Source: an uncultured Microthrixaceae bacterium
GTDB lineage: Bacteria > Actinomycetota > Acidimicrobiia > Acidimicrobiales > DATDAH01
NCBI GenBank assembly: GCA_963725155.1
Contig: CAVRXU010000002.1
Span: 300,506-364,505 of the forward strand
DNA: 64,000 bases
Direction of reading: 5' to 3'
Numbering within the stretch: the stretch's first letter is position 1; each line of letters opens with the position of its first letter. Below the pieces are notes generated by a model that did not search any database, had not been told where the DNA came from, and worked only from the letters and a program-made list of their open reading frames with translations. The position numbers and the translations under genes were made by a program. Shown here one piece after another: positions 18,864 through 27,391 of the stretch.

Positions 18864-20210
18864 ATGCAGGAGATCCTCGACGCCATCCAGGGGGGCGCAT
18901 CCGGCGACGACATCGCCGCCCTGCCCATCCCCGACTCGTACCGGGCGGCGTTCGTGCGCCGGGAGGACGCCGAGATGTTCGCCGGCGTCGAGTCATGGGA
19001 CAAGGATCCCCGCCAGTCCCTCCACGTGGACGACGTGGCCACCCCCGAACTGGCCCCGGACGAGGCCTACGTGGCCGTCATGGCCAGCTCCATCAACTTC
19101 AACACGGTCTGGACGTCGATCTTCGAGCCCCTGCCGACCTTCCTCTTCCTCGACCGCCTCGGCCAGGAGAGCACGTGGGGGGCCCGCCACGCGCTCCCGT
19201 ACCACGTGGTCGGCTCCGACGCGTCCGGCGTGGTGCTGAAGACGGGGTCGGCCGTGCGCAACTGGAAGCCCGGCGACCGGGTCACCGTCCACTGCAACTA
19301 CGTCGACGACCAGGACCCCAGCGCCCACGACGATGCCATGCTGGCCACCAATCAGCGCATCTGGGGCTTCGAGTCCAATTTCGGCGGCCTGGCCGACCTC
19401 ACCGTGGTCAAGGCCAACCAGCTGATGCCCAAGCCGGTCCACCTGAGTTGGGAGGAGGCCGCGGTCAACGCCCTCTGCAACTCGACCAGCTACCGGATGC
19501 TGTGCAGCCCGAACGCGGTCCCGATGCGCCAGGGCGACACCGTCCTGGTCTGGGGTGCGACCGGCGGCCTCGGCGGTTACGCCTGCCAGTACGTGCTCAA
19601 CGGTGGCGGCACCCCGGTCGGCGTGGTCTCCTCGGCGGACAAGGTCGACCTGCTCCACGAGCTCGGCGTCGAGGCCGTCATCGACCGAAAGGCCGCGGGC
19701 TACCAGTTCTGGGCCGACGAGCACACCCAGGACGAGAAGGAGTGGCGCCGGCTGGGCAAGGACATCCGCGCCCTCGTGGGCAGGGACCCGGAGATCGTCT
19801 TCGAGCATCCCGGCCGCCAGACCTTCGGCGCGTCGGTCTTCGTCGCCGCTCGCGGCGGCACGATCGTGACCTGCGCCGCCACCTCCGGCTTCATGATCGA
19901 GTACGACAACCGCCACCTCTGGATGAAGCTGAAGCGGATCGTCTCGTCCCACTTCGCCAACTACCGCGAAGCCTGGGAGGCCAACCGGATGGTGGCCGAA
20001 GGCCGGATCCAGCCCTGCCTGTCCGCCGTGTTCCCCCTCACCGAGGTCGGCGACGCCGCCCTCCAGGTCCACCACAACGAGCACGAAGGCAAGATCGGCG
20101 TGCTGTGCCTGGCTCCCGAGGAGGGCTTGGGCATCGACGACCCCGAGTTCCGCGAGAAGGTGGGTGAGGACAGGATCACCCTGTTCCGTCGCCACGGGAA
20201 GAAGGACTGA
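18864..20210 (+). CDS. ccr: crotonyl-CoA carboxylase/reductase
   Basis: MQEILDAIQGG...IPDSYRAAFVRREDAEMFAG...VAVMASSINFNTVWTSIFEPLPTFLFL...IWGFESNFGGLADL are typical Ccr signatures. Confidence 0.9.
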   Translation: MQEILDAIQGGASGDDIAALPIPDSYRAAFVRREDAEMFAGVESWDKDPRQSLHVDDVATPELAPDEAYVAVMASSINFNTVWTSIFEPLPTFLFLDRLGQESTWGARHALPYHVVGSDASGVVLKTGSAVRNWKPGDRVTVHCNYVDDQDPSAHDDAMLATNQRIWGFESNFGGLADLTVVKANQLMPKPVHLSWEEAAVNALCNSTSYRMLCSPNAVPMRQGDTVLVWGATGGLGGYACQYVLNGGGTPVGVVSSADKVDLLHELGVEAVIDRKAAGYQFWADEHTQDEKEWRRLGKDIRALVGRDPEIVFEHPGRQTFGASVFVAARGGTIVTCAATSGFMIEYDNRHLWMKLKRIVSSHFANYREAWEANRMVAEGRIQPCLSAVFPLTEVGDAALQVHHNEHEGKIGVLCLAPEEGLGIDDPEFREKVGEDRITLFRRHGKKD

Positions 20211-20211
20211 G

Positions 20212-20613
20212 ATGCTGCTCACCGAGATCGACCACGTGGCCATCGCCGTCAAGGACCTCGAGGCCGCCATCGCCTGGTACGAGGCGGCCTTCGGCGCCAC
20301 CGTCGAGCACCGCGAGGTGGTCGGGAGCGACGGCGTCGAAGAGGCCCTCCTCAACGTGGCCGAGTCTTACGTCCAGCTCCTCACGCCGATCCGGGACGAC
20401 TCGCCGGTGGCCAAGTACCTCGACAAGCGGGGCGAGGGCATCCACCACATCGGCTACCGGGTCGACGACTGCGCCGAGGCCCTCGAGTCGCTCCGGGCCC
20501 AGGGCAACCGGCTGCTCGACGAGGTGCCCCGACCCGGCTCCCGGGGGACGACGGTGGCCTTCGTCCACCCCAAGGGTGCCTTCGGCACGCTGATCGAGCT
20601 GGTCCAGGAGTGA
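20212..20613 (+). CDS. mce: methylmalonyl-CoA (ethylmalonyl-CoA) epimerase, VOC fold
   Basis: MLLTEIDHVAIAVKDLEAAIAWYEAAFG...GEGIHHIGYRVDD...FVHPKGAFGTLIELVQE. Confidence 0.9.
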   Translation: MLLTEIDHVAIAVKDLEAAIAWYEAAFGATVEHREVVGSDGVEEALLNVAESYVQLLTPIRDDSPVAKYLDKRGEGIHHIGYRVDDCAEALESLRAQGNRLLDEVPRPGSRGTTVAFVHPKGAFGTLIELVQE

Positions 20614-21155
20614 GCGCCCGGCTGGGGCCGGTCGAGGACCCCACGCCGGAACAGGCCGCGCTGCTGGCGCCCTATGGGGCCTTCTCGGGCGGCGAGCCGT
20701 TCAACATCTTCCGCACGCTGGTCCGCCACCCCAAGCTGTTCAAGCGGAGCATGGTGTTGGCCACCGGCCTGCTGATGAAGGGAGCGCTGCCGGCTCGCCT
20801 GCGCGAGATCGTCATCCTGCGGGTGGCTTGGCGCAGTGGCTCGGCCTATGAGTGGGGTCAGCACGTGCGCATCGGGCTGGACGCCGGCCTCGACCACGTC
20901 GAGATCGAGGCGCTGGCCACCGAAGGGGCCGAATCGACCTGGTCCGACGCCGACCGCCTCGCCATCACGGTCACCGACGAGCTCTGTGCCACCAACGACC
21001 TGACCGACACCAGCTGGGACAGGGCGCTGGCCCGGTGGGGCGAGCAGGACCTGATCGAGCTGATCTTCCTGATCGGCAACTATCGGATGCTGGCCGGGTT
21101 CCTCAACGCCGCCCGCGTCGAGCTCGACGACGGCCTGGAGGGCTTCCCGAGCTGA
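20610..21155 (+). CDS. carboxymuconolactone decarboxylase (AhpD-like) family protein
   Basis: LREIVILRVAWRSGSAYEWGQHVRIGLDAGL. GTGA overlap with mce. Confidence 0.8.
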   Translation: MSARLGPVEDPTPEQAALLAPYGAFSGGEPFNIFRTLVRHPKLFKRSMVLATGLLMKGALPARLREIVILRVAWRSGSAYEWGQHVRIGLDAGLDHVEIEALATEGAESTWSDADRLAITVTDELCATNDLTDTSWDRALARWGEQDLIELIFLIGNYRMLAGFLNAARVELDDGLEGFPS

Positions 21156-21164
21156 CCCCGGCGG

Positions 21165-23237
21165 TCAGTGGAGCCGGGTGACGAGACGCCCCGAGTCCCG
21201 ACTGGCTGGTCGACCGAGCGACTTCGCCACGACGTAGACGTCGATGTCGGCGCCGCTCGCGGCGCCGGCCCGAGCCGTCACTTCGACCTGCAGCCGATGC
21301 CGAGTGTGGGGGTGCATCCCCCGCAGTCGGTAGCTCCCGTCCTTGACCGCTGTGGTCACGTCCCGATCACCGTCGTAGTACCGGACGGCGAAGTTGGCGT
21401 CGTGGTCGCTGCCGTGGATCAGGAAGGTGTCATCGTCGACGCCGTCGTTCTCGACCTGGACGGTGAAGGTGGCCTGGCCGCCGGCTCGAACCCTCCCGAT
21501 CCGGGTCTGGCCCTCGCCGTTGCGGTTGTACACGTTGTTGCCGACGAGCCGCCCGCCCGGCTCCAGCCGGACCGCGACGTCGGGCTGGTTCGCCCGGACG
21601 GTGTAGTCGCGGGAGAGCACCTTGGTGTTCCCCGCTCCGTCCGTGGCGGTGACCGTCAGGGTGTGGACCCCCGGGGTGGAGGTGTCGAGGAACGCTCCGG
21701 AGCGCACCGAGCCGTCGCATCCCGCCACCGACGACCCCCCTTCGTCGGTGCAGAAGTAGTTGGCCCGGACCGGCTGGCCCTGGAGGTAGGTGGTCCCCCC
21801 CGGCGGGGTGGCGAGCACGACGCGGGGCGGGATGCCGTCGGGGAACGGCGCCCGATGGGCTCGGTAGGACACCGCGGGGGTCGTCCCGCCTGCCGCTCGC
21901 GGTGCCGTCTCGAAGAGGATCTGACCGGTCTCGTCGACCTCGGTGATCACCGCCGCGGTGCCCCAGCCGATGAGCGTGTTGCCGTTGTCGAAGCGTTGGA
22001 CCGAGCCGGTGGCGAAGCCGTAGAGGCCCTGGCTGTGGCTCCAGACCAGCTCCGCGGTGTGGTTCACCTCGTCGACGGCGTACTCGGCGGCTCGGCTCAC
22101 CCCTCGGTCGGCCCCTCCGGGGGCGCAGTCGGCGCCGTTGTCGAACAGGAGGATGTGGCCGTTCGGCAGTCGTTGGGCGTGGTGCTGGCCGCAGAACCCG
22201 CCCAAGGGGTCGTCCATCGCGAAGTCACTGGAACGCCCGCCGAGCGTCCACATCAGCTCGCCGGTCTCCCGGTTGATCTTCACCAGGGCGCTGACGCCGC
22301 GCAGGGAGGCGATGAGGTTGCCGTCGGTGTCGACGAAGACCGAGTTGATGTGGGCGTATTCGACCAGGTTCCCGGACAGGTTGTCGGCCAGGGGGATGTC
22401 ACCCCAGCTGCTCCAACGCAGGACCTCGTGGCCCCCGGCGTCGACCTCCTGGATGACCGAGTCCTCCCGGACGACACCGTCGTGCACGACGGGCTCGTAG
22501 GCCAGCAGGATCCGGTTCCCGCCGGGGAGGAGGAGGACGTCGTGGTTGTCGGTGTTGGCCAGCGGCGGCCGGGTCCGGAATCGGCGCACCTCCCGCATCG
22601 CGCTGTTGAGGACGACCGCCTCGAAGATGTCGCGACCCGTGGAGGTCTGCGCCCCGGAGCGCTCGAGGAAGGTGTAGCGCCCACCCGGCTGTGGCTTGAA
22701 GTCGAACGGCGGCTGGGTCCGGCGATTGACGTACACCGGTACCCCGAAGTTGTCCATGACGATGTTGAACGGCGCGCCCACGAAGAAGCCGAGATAGAGG
22801 AATCCGGGCGCGATGCCGGCCTGGCGGGTCGTGATCGGGATCTCCGGGAAGCTCGGAGGGAGGTACACCAAGCTGTAGATGCGCTCGCCGTCGGTGTTGA
22901 CCAGCCGCACGGTGATCTCCTCGCCCGGCTTCAGGCCCCGGAGCACCCGACCGTGGCCACTGGCCGTCGGAAGCCCGGCGATCGTGAGCTCATCGGTGGG
23001 GCTGGCCGTGGTCGCGGTCACCGTGATGGGCCCGGTGTCCGCGCTCGTGCGGACGCCGAACCGCCGTCGGCTCGGCGCGAAGGCCGGGTAGCTCTCGACG
23101 CCGGTGCCCGTGGCCGTCAGGCTGACGAGCGCGGGCGGCGTCGTCCCCTCCTGGGAGACGGCTGGCGGCACGACCGCCGGTGAGAGGCCGGCCAACCCCG
23201 CCAGCACCACGACAGCAATCCCGAGCTTCCGCCGCAT
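21165..23237 (-). CDS. secreted arylsulfotransferase (ASST)-like beta-propeller protein with C-terminal Ig-like domains
   Basis: Signal peptide MRRKLGIAVVVLAGLAGLSPAVVPPAVS. NHDVLLLPGGNRILLAYEP...YAHINSVFVDTDGNLIASLRGVSALVKINRETGELMWTLGG...CGQHHAQRLPNGHILLFDNG resembles the ASST family. Confidence 0.7.
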   Translation of the reverse strand: MRRKLGIAVVVLAGLAGLSPAVVPPAVSQEGTTPPALVSLTATGTGVESYPAFAPSRRRFGVRTSADTGPITVTATTASPTDELTIAGLPTASGHGRVLRGLKPGEEITVRLVNTDGERIYSLVYLPPSFPEIPITTRQAGIAPGFLYLGFFVGAPFNIVMDNFGVPVYVNRRTQPPFDFKPQPGGRYTFLERSGAQTSTGRDIFEAVVLNSAMREVRRFRTRPPLANTDNHDVLLLPGGNRILLAYEPVVHDGVVREDSVIQEVDAGGHEVLRWSSWGDIPLADNLSGNLVEYAHINSVFVDTDGNLIASLRGVSALVKINRETGELMWTLGGRSSDFAMDDPLGGFCGQHHAQRLPNGHILLFDNGADCAPGGADRGVSRAAEYAVDEVNHTAELVWSHSQGLYGFATGSVQRFDNGNTLIGWGTAAVITEVDETGQILFETAPRAAGGTTPAVSYRAHRAPFPDGIPPRVVLATPPGGTTYLQGQPVRANYFCTDEGGSSVAGCDGSVRSGAFLDTSTPGVHTLTVTATDGAGNTKVLSRDYTVRANQPDVAVRLEPGGRLVGNNVYNRNGEGQTRIGRVRAGGQATFTVQVENDGVDDDTFLIHGSDHDANFAVRYYDGDRDVTTAVKDGSYRLRGMHPHTRHRLQVEVTARAGAASGADIDVYVVAKSLGRPASRDSGRLVTRLH

Positions 23238-23351
23238 CCCACGTCCCCCGATCCGCAGGCTCCCCCGGAACCGACGGCCGGACCCTACTCGGGTGCCGTC
23301 ACCGGGGTCGCGGGCGATGCGTCGGGGGCGAGCCCGGGCCCGATGTGAGGG

Positions 23352-23630
23352 TCAGAGCTTCTTGGTGGCCTTGTCGATCTGCTTCTGGGCCTTCTTGCGG
23401 ATCTTCTTGGCCTTGCGGTCGGTCTTGCGCCGCATGTTGGCGATCTTCTTCTCGGCCTTGTCGGCGATGTCGTCGACGTGGCGCCGGGCCTTCTTGGTCT
23501 TGTGCTTGGCCTTGCCGAGAAGCTCCTCGGCCCCGTCGACCACCGTGTGGGCGCCGGATCGCAGCCCGGTCACGGTGTCGTCGGACAGCTCTTCGGCCTT
23601 CGCCTTTGCCCGGTCGGCTCGCTTGCCCAT
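23352..23630 (-). CDS. small lysine-rich basic protein (92 aa), family unknown
   Basis: GGAGCAGAAG precedes the ATG. MGKRADRAKAKAEELSDD...KAKHKTKKARRHVDDIADKAEKKIANMRRKTDRKAKKIRKKAQKQIDKATKKL. Lys is almost always AAG, which fits host codon bias. Confidence 0.6.
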   Translation of the reverse strand: MGKRADRAKAKAEELSDDTVTGLRSGAHTVVDGAEELLGKAKHKTKKARRHVDDIADKAEKKIANMRRKTDRKAKKIRKKAQKQIDKATKKL

Positions 23631-23658
23631 CTTCTGCTCCTCGTCGACGCTGTCGGCT

Positions 23659-25143
23659 TCAGTGTGCCGGGACCCAGCCGGCATGGAACCCGTGGGGCAC
23701 CCGACCCGGCAACTCCACGGTCGCCAGCGGGCCCGCATCGATCGCCGATGCGTCCAGGACCGCTAGTTCACTTCCCTCTGTGGCGGCGTCATAGACGTAG
23801 GTCAGCACCCAGCCGTCGTCCTCCTCGGTGCCGTCGGGGCGGGGGACGAACAGGCCCTCGTTCGCCGACCGGCCCGGCCCCGCGTCCCAGTGCTGGGTCT
23901 CGCCCGTGTTCACGTCGAAACGGTAGAGCCCGCCGAAGCGCACTGTGTCGGGATCGACGGGAGACTCGACCAGCCAGGCATAGCGGTGTTCCCGGCCCAC
24001 CCGACGCGGGTCCCGAGTGGGCAGCTCCATCGGGAGCTCGCTCTGGAGCACGTCGTCGCGGTAGGTGAGGGCGGCGTCGCCGGTGCCGATCGTCCAGCGG
24101 TGGATGGCGCCCTCCTGGCCGAGCACGCCACCGTCGAACATCGTGGCGAACTGGCTGACGTCCACGACGACGTCCTCGCCGGACCGGTAGGCGTTGACCC
24201 CGTGGAAGACGTAGGCCGGGTCCACCTCGACCCACCGGGCGGCCGCCGTCGGGCCCCCCAGCGGCAACACGCCGATGCGGGCGCCGTACGAGGGATCCCA
24301 ACGGAACGGCATGCCCTCGCCGGCCAGGGCCAGGTCGATGTCGAACACCACCGGGAACTCCCAGAACACGACGTCCTGGTCGGTGATGGCGAAGTCGTGG
24401 ATCATCGTCGGGCCGCCGACGTCGACGGGCTGGCTGGAGATCAGCCGGCCTCGCTCGTCGGCCACGTGGTAGGTCAGGAAGGGCTCGGCGAAGCCGTAGC
24501 CGAAGAAGTGCATGTACCCGGTGTCCGGGTCGATCTTGGGGTGGGCGGTCATCGAGGTCGTGAGGCGGCCGGCGAAGTCGTGGACTCCGACCGTGCTCAG
24601 GTCGTCGGCGGAGAGCTCGTACGGGTAGCCGATCTCGCCCGAAGTCAGGAGCCGACCGGCGTGGGTGAAGGCGGACACGTTGCTGTAGGTCGTCTCGCCC
24701 CCCGGCGGGCCGTCGGTGAAGCCCGCGCCCGATTCGTAGAGGCCGGTGCGCACCCAACGGTTCCGGTACCACGAGGCCCGGCCCTCGTCGAGGCGGACGC
24801 CGTGCAGCATCCCGTCGCCGAGGAACCAGTGGCCGTTGTCGGCCTGCCGGGCGTTGGAACCGTTGCGGGCATAGAGGCCGGTGAGGGCGGCGGGCAGTTC
24901 GCCGGTGACGGTGAGGTCGAACGCCTCCAGCTCCTGGGTGACCGGGGCGAAGTTCCCTTGGAGCCACCAGGGGGTGTCCGGGTCGAAGGCCTCGGTGACG
25001 GGCGGACTGTTGCTCGACGCGGCCGAGGGCGCGCCGCCGCCGTCATCGCCGCAGGCGGCCAAGAGCGAGGCGAAGCCGGGGGTGGCGACGGCCGTGATGC
25101 CGGCCCGGGCCATGAACTGTCGCCGTGTCATCGCTCCCCGCAT
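23659..25143 (-). CDS. carotenoid oxygenase family dioxygenase with a Tat/lipoprotein signal
   Basis: MTRRQFMARAGITAVATPGFASLLAACGDDGG, then NFAPV...NGHWFLGDGMLHG...MTAHPKIDP...IHDFAIT...VFHGVNAY (4-His family pattern). Confidence 0.85.
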   Translation of the reverse strand: MRGAMTRRQFMARAGITAVATPGFASLLAACGDDGGGAPSAASSNSPPVTEAFDPDTPWWLQGNFAPVTQELEAFDLTVTGELPAALTGLYARNGSNARQADNGHWFLGDGMLHGVRLDEGRASWYRNRWVRTGLYESGAGFTDGPPGGETTYSNVSAFTHAGRLLTSGEIGYPYELSADDLSTVGVHDFAGRLTTSMTAHPKIDPDTGYMHFFGYGFAEPFLTYHVADERGRLISSQPVDVGGPTMIHDFAITDQDVVFWEFPVVFDIDLALAGEGMPFRWDPSYGARIGVLPLGGPTAAARWVEVDPAYVFHGVNAYRSGEDVVVDVSQFATMFDGGVLGQEGAIHRWTIGTGDAALTYRDDVLQSELPMELPTRDPRRVGREHRYAWLVESPVDPDTVRFGGLYRFDVNTGETQHWDAGPGRSANEGLFVPRPDGTEEDDGWVLTYVYDAATEGSELAVLDASAIDAGPLATVELPGRVPHGFHAGWVPAH

Positions 25144-25220
25144 GCGGGTCGGGAGCGTAGACGCGGCGGCGCGTCACACTGGGTCCGTACCGCGATGGCT
25201 CGCGAACGAGAGGAACCGAC

Positions 25221-25727
25221 ATGAGCACCCCCCGGGCCGAGCGTCCCGCCATGGCCGACTACGGCGTTCCCGACGAGCTCGACGGCGTGTTGCCCTGGTC
25301 CTGGGCCGAGGAGCGCCTGGTGGCCTGCCGCAACTACTGGGTCGTCACGGCCTCGGCCTCGGCCCGGCCCCACGCCATGCCGGTCTGGGGCGTGTGGGTC
25401 CCCGATACCGGTCGATTCGCCTTTTCGTGTGCGCCGAGCAGCCGGAAGGTCCGCAACCTCGAGGCCAACCCACAGGTGACCATCGCCGTGGACGACTCGG
25501 TCGAGGTTGTCGTGCTGGAGGGTCGGGCGGCGTTCCTCGACCCGGCGACGGTGACCGACACGCTGCACGCCTTCGCTACGAAGTATTGGGACGACCCTCA
25601 GGCGGTGACCGACGGCGAAGCCTTCCTGGCCCAGAACAAGGTGGTCGAGGTCACGCCGGAGCGGGCGTTCGGCATCATCGAGGACGAGGTCGACTTCTCC
25701 CAGCGGGCCACCCGCTGGGTCTGGTGA
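25221..25727 (+). CDS. pyridoxamine 5'-phosphate oxidase-like (FMN/F420-binding split barrel) protein
   Basis: RNYWVVTASASARPHAMPVWGVWV...TIAVDDSVEVVVLEGRA. Confidence 0.7.
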   Translation: MSTPRAERPAMADYGVPDELDGVLPWSWAEERLVACRNYWVVTASASARPHAMPVWGVWVPDTGRFAFSCAPSSRKVRNLEANPQVTIAVDDSVEVVVLEGRAAFLDPATVTDTLHAFATKYWDDPQAVTDGEAFLAQNKVVEVTPERAFGIIEDEVDFSQRATRWVW

Positions 25728-26315
25728 TCAGCCGTCGCTGACGGGGCGGATCACCCGGGCCGGGTTGCCGACGGCGACGACGCCCTCGGCCAGGTCCAGG
25801 GTGACCACGGCCCCGGCCCCCACGACGGTGTCGGACCCGATGGTCACGCCCGGCAGCACGATGACGCCGCCTCCCAGCCAGACGTTGTCGCCGATGGTGA
25901 TGGGTGCGGCCGCCTCCCAGCCGGCCCGCCGAAGGTCGGGGTCGATCGGATGGGTGGGCGTCAGCAGCGCCACGTTGGGCCCGATCTGCACGTCGTCACC
26001 GATCGTGATCGGGGCACAGTCCAGCGCCACCAGCCCGAAGTTGGCGAACGACCGCGCCCCGAGCCGCACGTAGCGCCCGTAGTCGCATCGGAACGGGGGC
26101 CGGATGACCGCGTCCGGTCCGACGGCCCCGAGCAGGTCCTCGAGCAGGCGCCGGCGCTCATCGGGCTCGTCGACCGTGATGGCGTTGTACGCCTCGCAGA
26201 GGCGCATGGCCCGGCGGCCCGCCGTCGCCAGCTCCGGGTCGACGCGGTAGAGGTCGCCGGCCTCCATGCGCTCCCGCGGCGAACGGCCGTCGTCGACCGG
26301 TGGGGCGTCAGGCAC
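25728..26315 (-). CDS. sugar O-acetyltransferase (maltose/galactoside acetyltransferase family, LbH)
   Basis: RERMEAGDLYRVDPEL...IGDDVQIGPNVALLT..HP...ITIGDNVWLGGGVIVLPGVTIG hexapeptide repeats. Confidence 0.85.
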   Translation of the reverse strand: MPDAPPVDDGRSPRERMEAGDLYRVDPELATAGRRAMRLCEAYNAITVDEPDERRRLLEDLLGAVGPDAVIRPPFRCDYGRYVRLGARSFANFGLVALDCAPITIGDDVQIGPNVALLTPTHPIDPDLRRAGWEAAAPITIGDNVWLGGGVIVLPGVTIGSDTVVGAGAVVTLDLAEGVVAVGNPARVIRPVSDG

Positions 26316-26365
26316 GGCGACACTCTGGCACCGGCGCCGGTCCCGTGACCTGAGAAGATGCGGGG

Positions 26366-27250
26366 ATGGGCGTCCAGGTGCACCTCGTCGATGGGACGTA
26401 CGAGCTGTTCCGCTACTTCTACGCCCTGCCGGACCACATCAACGACGAGGGCATGGACGTGGCCGCCACCCGTGGGGTCGTGGGCACGTGCCTGACCCTT
26501 CTGGAGGAGGGAGCAACCCACGTCGGCGTGGCCACCGACCATGTCATCGAGTCGTTTCGCAACGATCTGTGGCCCACCTACAAGGACGGCTCGGGTGTGG
26601 ATCCTGTTCTCAAGGCGCAGTTCCCGCTGGTGGAGGAGGCTCTGGAGGCGGCCGGGTTCCTCGTGTGGGCCATGGTCGATTGCGAGGCCGACGACGCCCT
26701 TGGTGCTGGCGCCCACCAGCTGAAGGACGACAAGCGGGTCGAGCGGGTGGTCATCTGCACGCCGGACAAGGACATGGGCCAGTGCGTCACCGACGACGGC
26801 CGAGTCGTCCAGCTCGACCGGCGCAAGGGCCAGTTCTTCGACCGGGCCGGGGTGATCGAGAAGTTCGGCGTCCCGCCGGAGTCGATCCCCGACTGGCTGG
26901 CGCTGGTCGGCGACTCGGCCGACGGCTTCCCCGGCCTCTCCGGTTGGGGAGCCAAGTCCGCCGGGGCGGTCCTGGCCCACTACGGCCACATCGAAGCCAT
27001 TCCGCCCATGGCCGACGACTGGGATGTCGGCGTCCGGGGCGCCGGGCGACTGGCCCAGGCCCTCCGGGAGAACCTGGAGGACGCCCTCCTGTTCCGCCGC
27101 ATCGCCACCCTGGAGCTCGACTCGATCACGACCTCGGTCGAGGAGCTCGAGTGGACCGGCCCGACGAAGGCCCTCGTCGCCATGAGCGAGCGCCTCGACG
27201 CCCCCGGGCTCCTCGAGCGCGCCGTCAAGCTGGCGGAGCAGCGTTCCTGA
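26366..27250 (+). CDS. 5'-3' exonuclease (FEN-like, Pol I N-terminal domain family)
   Basis: VHLVDGTYELFRYFYA...ADDALG...TPDKDMGQCV...LVGDSADGFPGLSGWGAKSAGAVLAHYG (H3TH). Confidence 0.85.
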   Translation: MGVQVHLVDGTYELFRYFYALPDHINDEGMDVAATRGVVGTCLTLLEEGATHVGVATDHVIESFRNDLWPTYKDGSGVDPVLKAQFPLVEEALEAAGFLVWAMVDCEADDALGAGAHQLKDDKRVERVVICTPDKDMGQCVTDDGRVVQLDRRKGQFFDRAGVIEKFGVPPESIPDWLALVGDSADGFPGLSGWGAKSAGAVLAHYGHIEAIPPMADDWDVGVRGAGRLAQALRENLEDALLFRRIATLELDSITTSVEELEWTGPTKALVAMSERLDAPGLLERAVKLAEQRS

Positions 27251-27306
27251 CCCCTGCCGATCATCGGGCTGGGCATCACCGAACGCAGCCAGCCGTGACC
27301 ACTTCT

Positions 27307-27365
27307 CGTTCTGGCACCTGATTCGGCTTCTATGGGAACCGCCGACCGAATCAGGTGCCAGAACG
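27307..27365. repeat. palindromic REP-like element, copy B (perfect 20-bp arms)
   Basis: cgttctggcacctgattcgg - 19 nt - ccgaatcaggtgccagaacg, between the convergent exonuclease and ligase genes. Confidence 0.8.
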
Positions 27366-27391
27366 GGCGACTGGCGTGTGAGCCCCGTGTC

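Noticed and set aside
18993-20354. 453-aa minus-strand ORF
   Set aside because: Shadow ORF opposite ccr and mce.
21168-23183. 671-aa + strand ORF
   Set aside because: Shadow ORF opposite the ASST-like gene, which has a signal peptide and family motifs.
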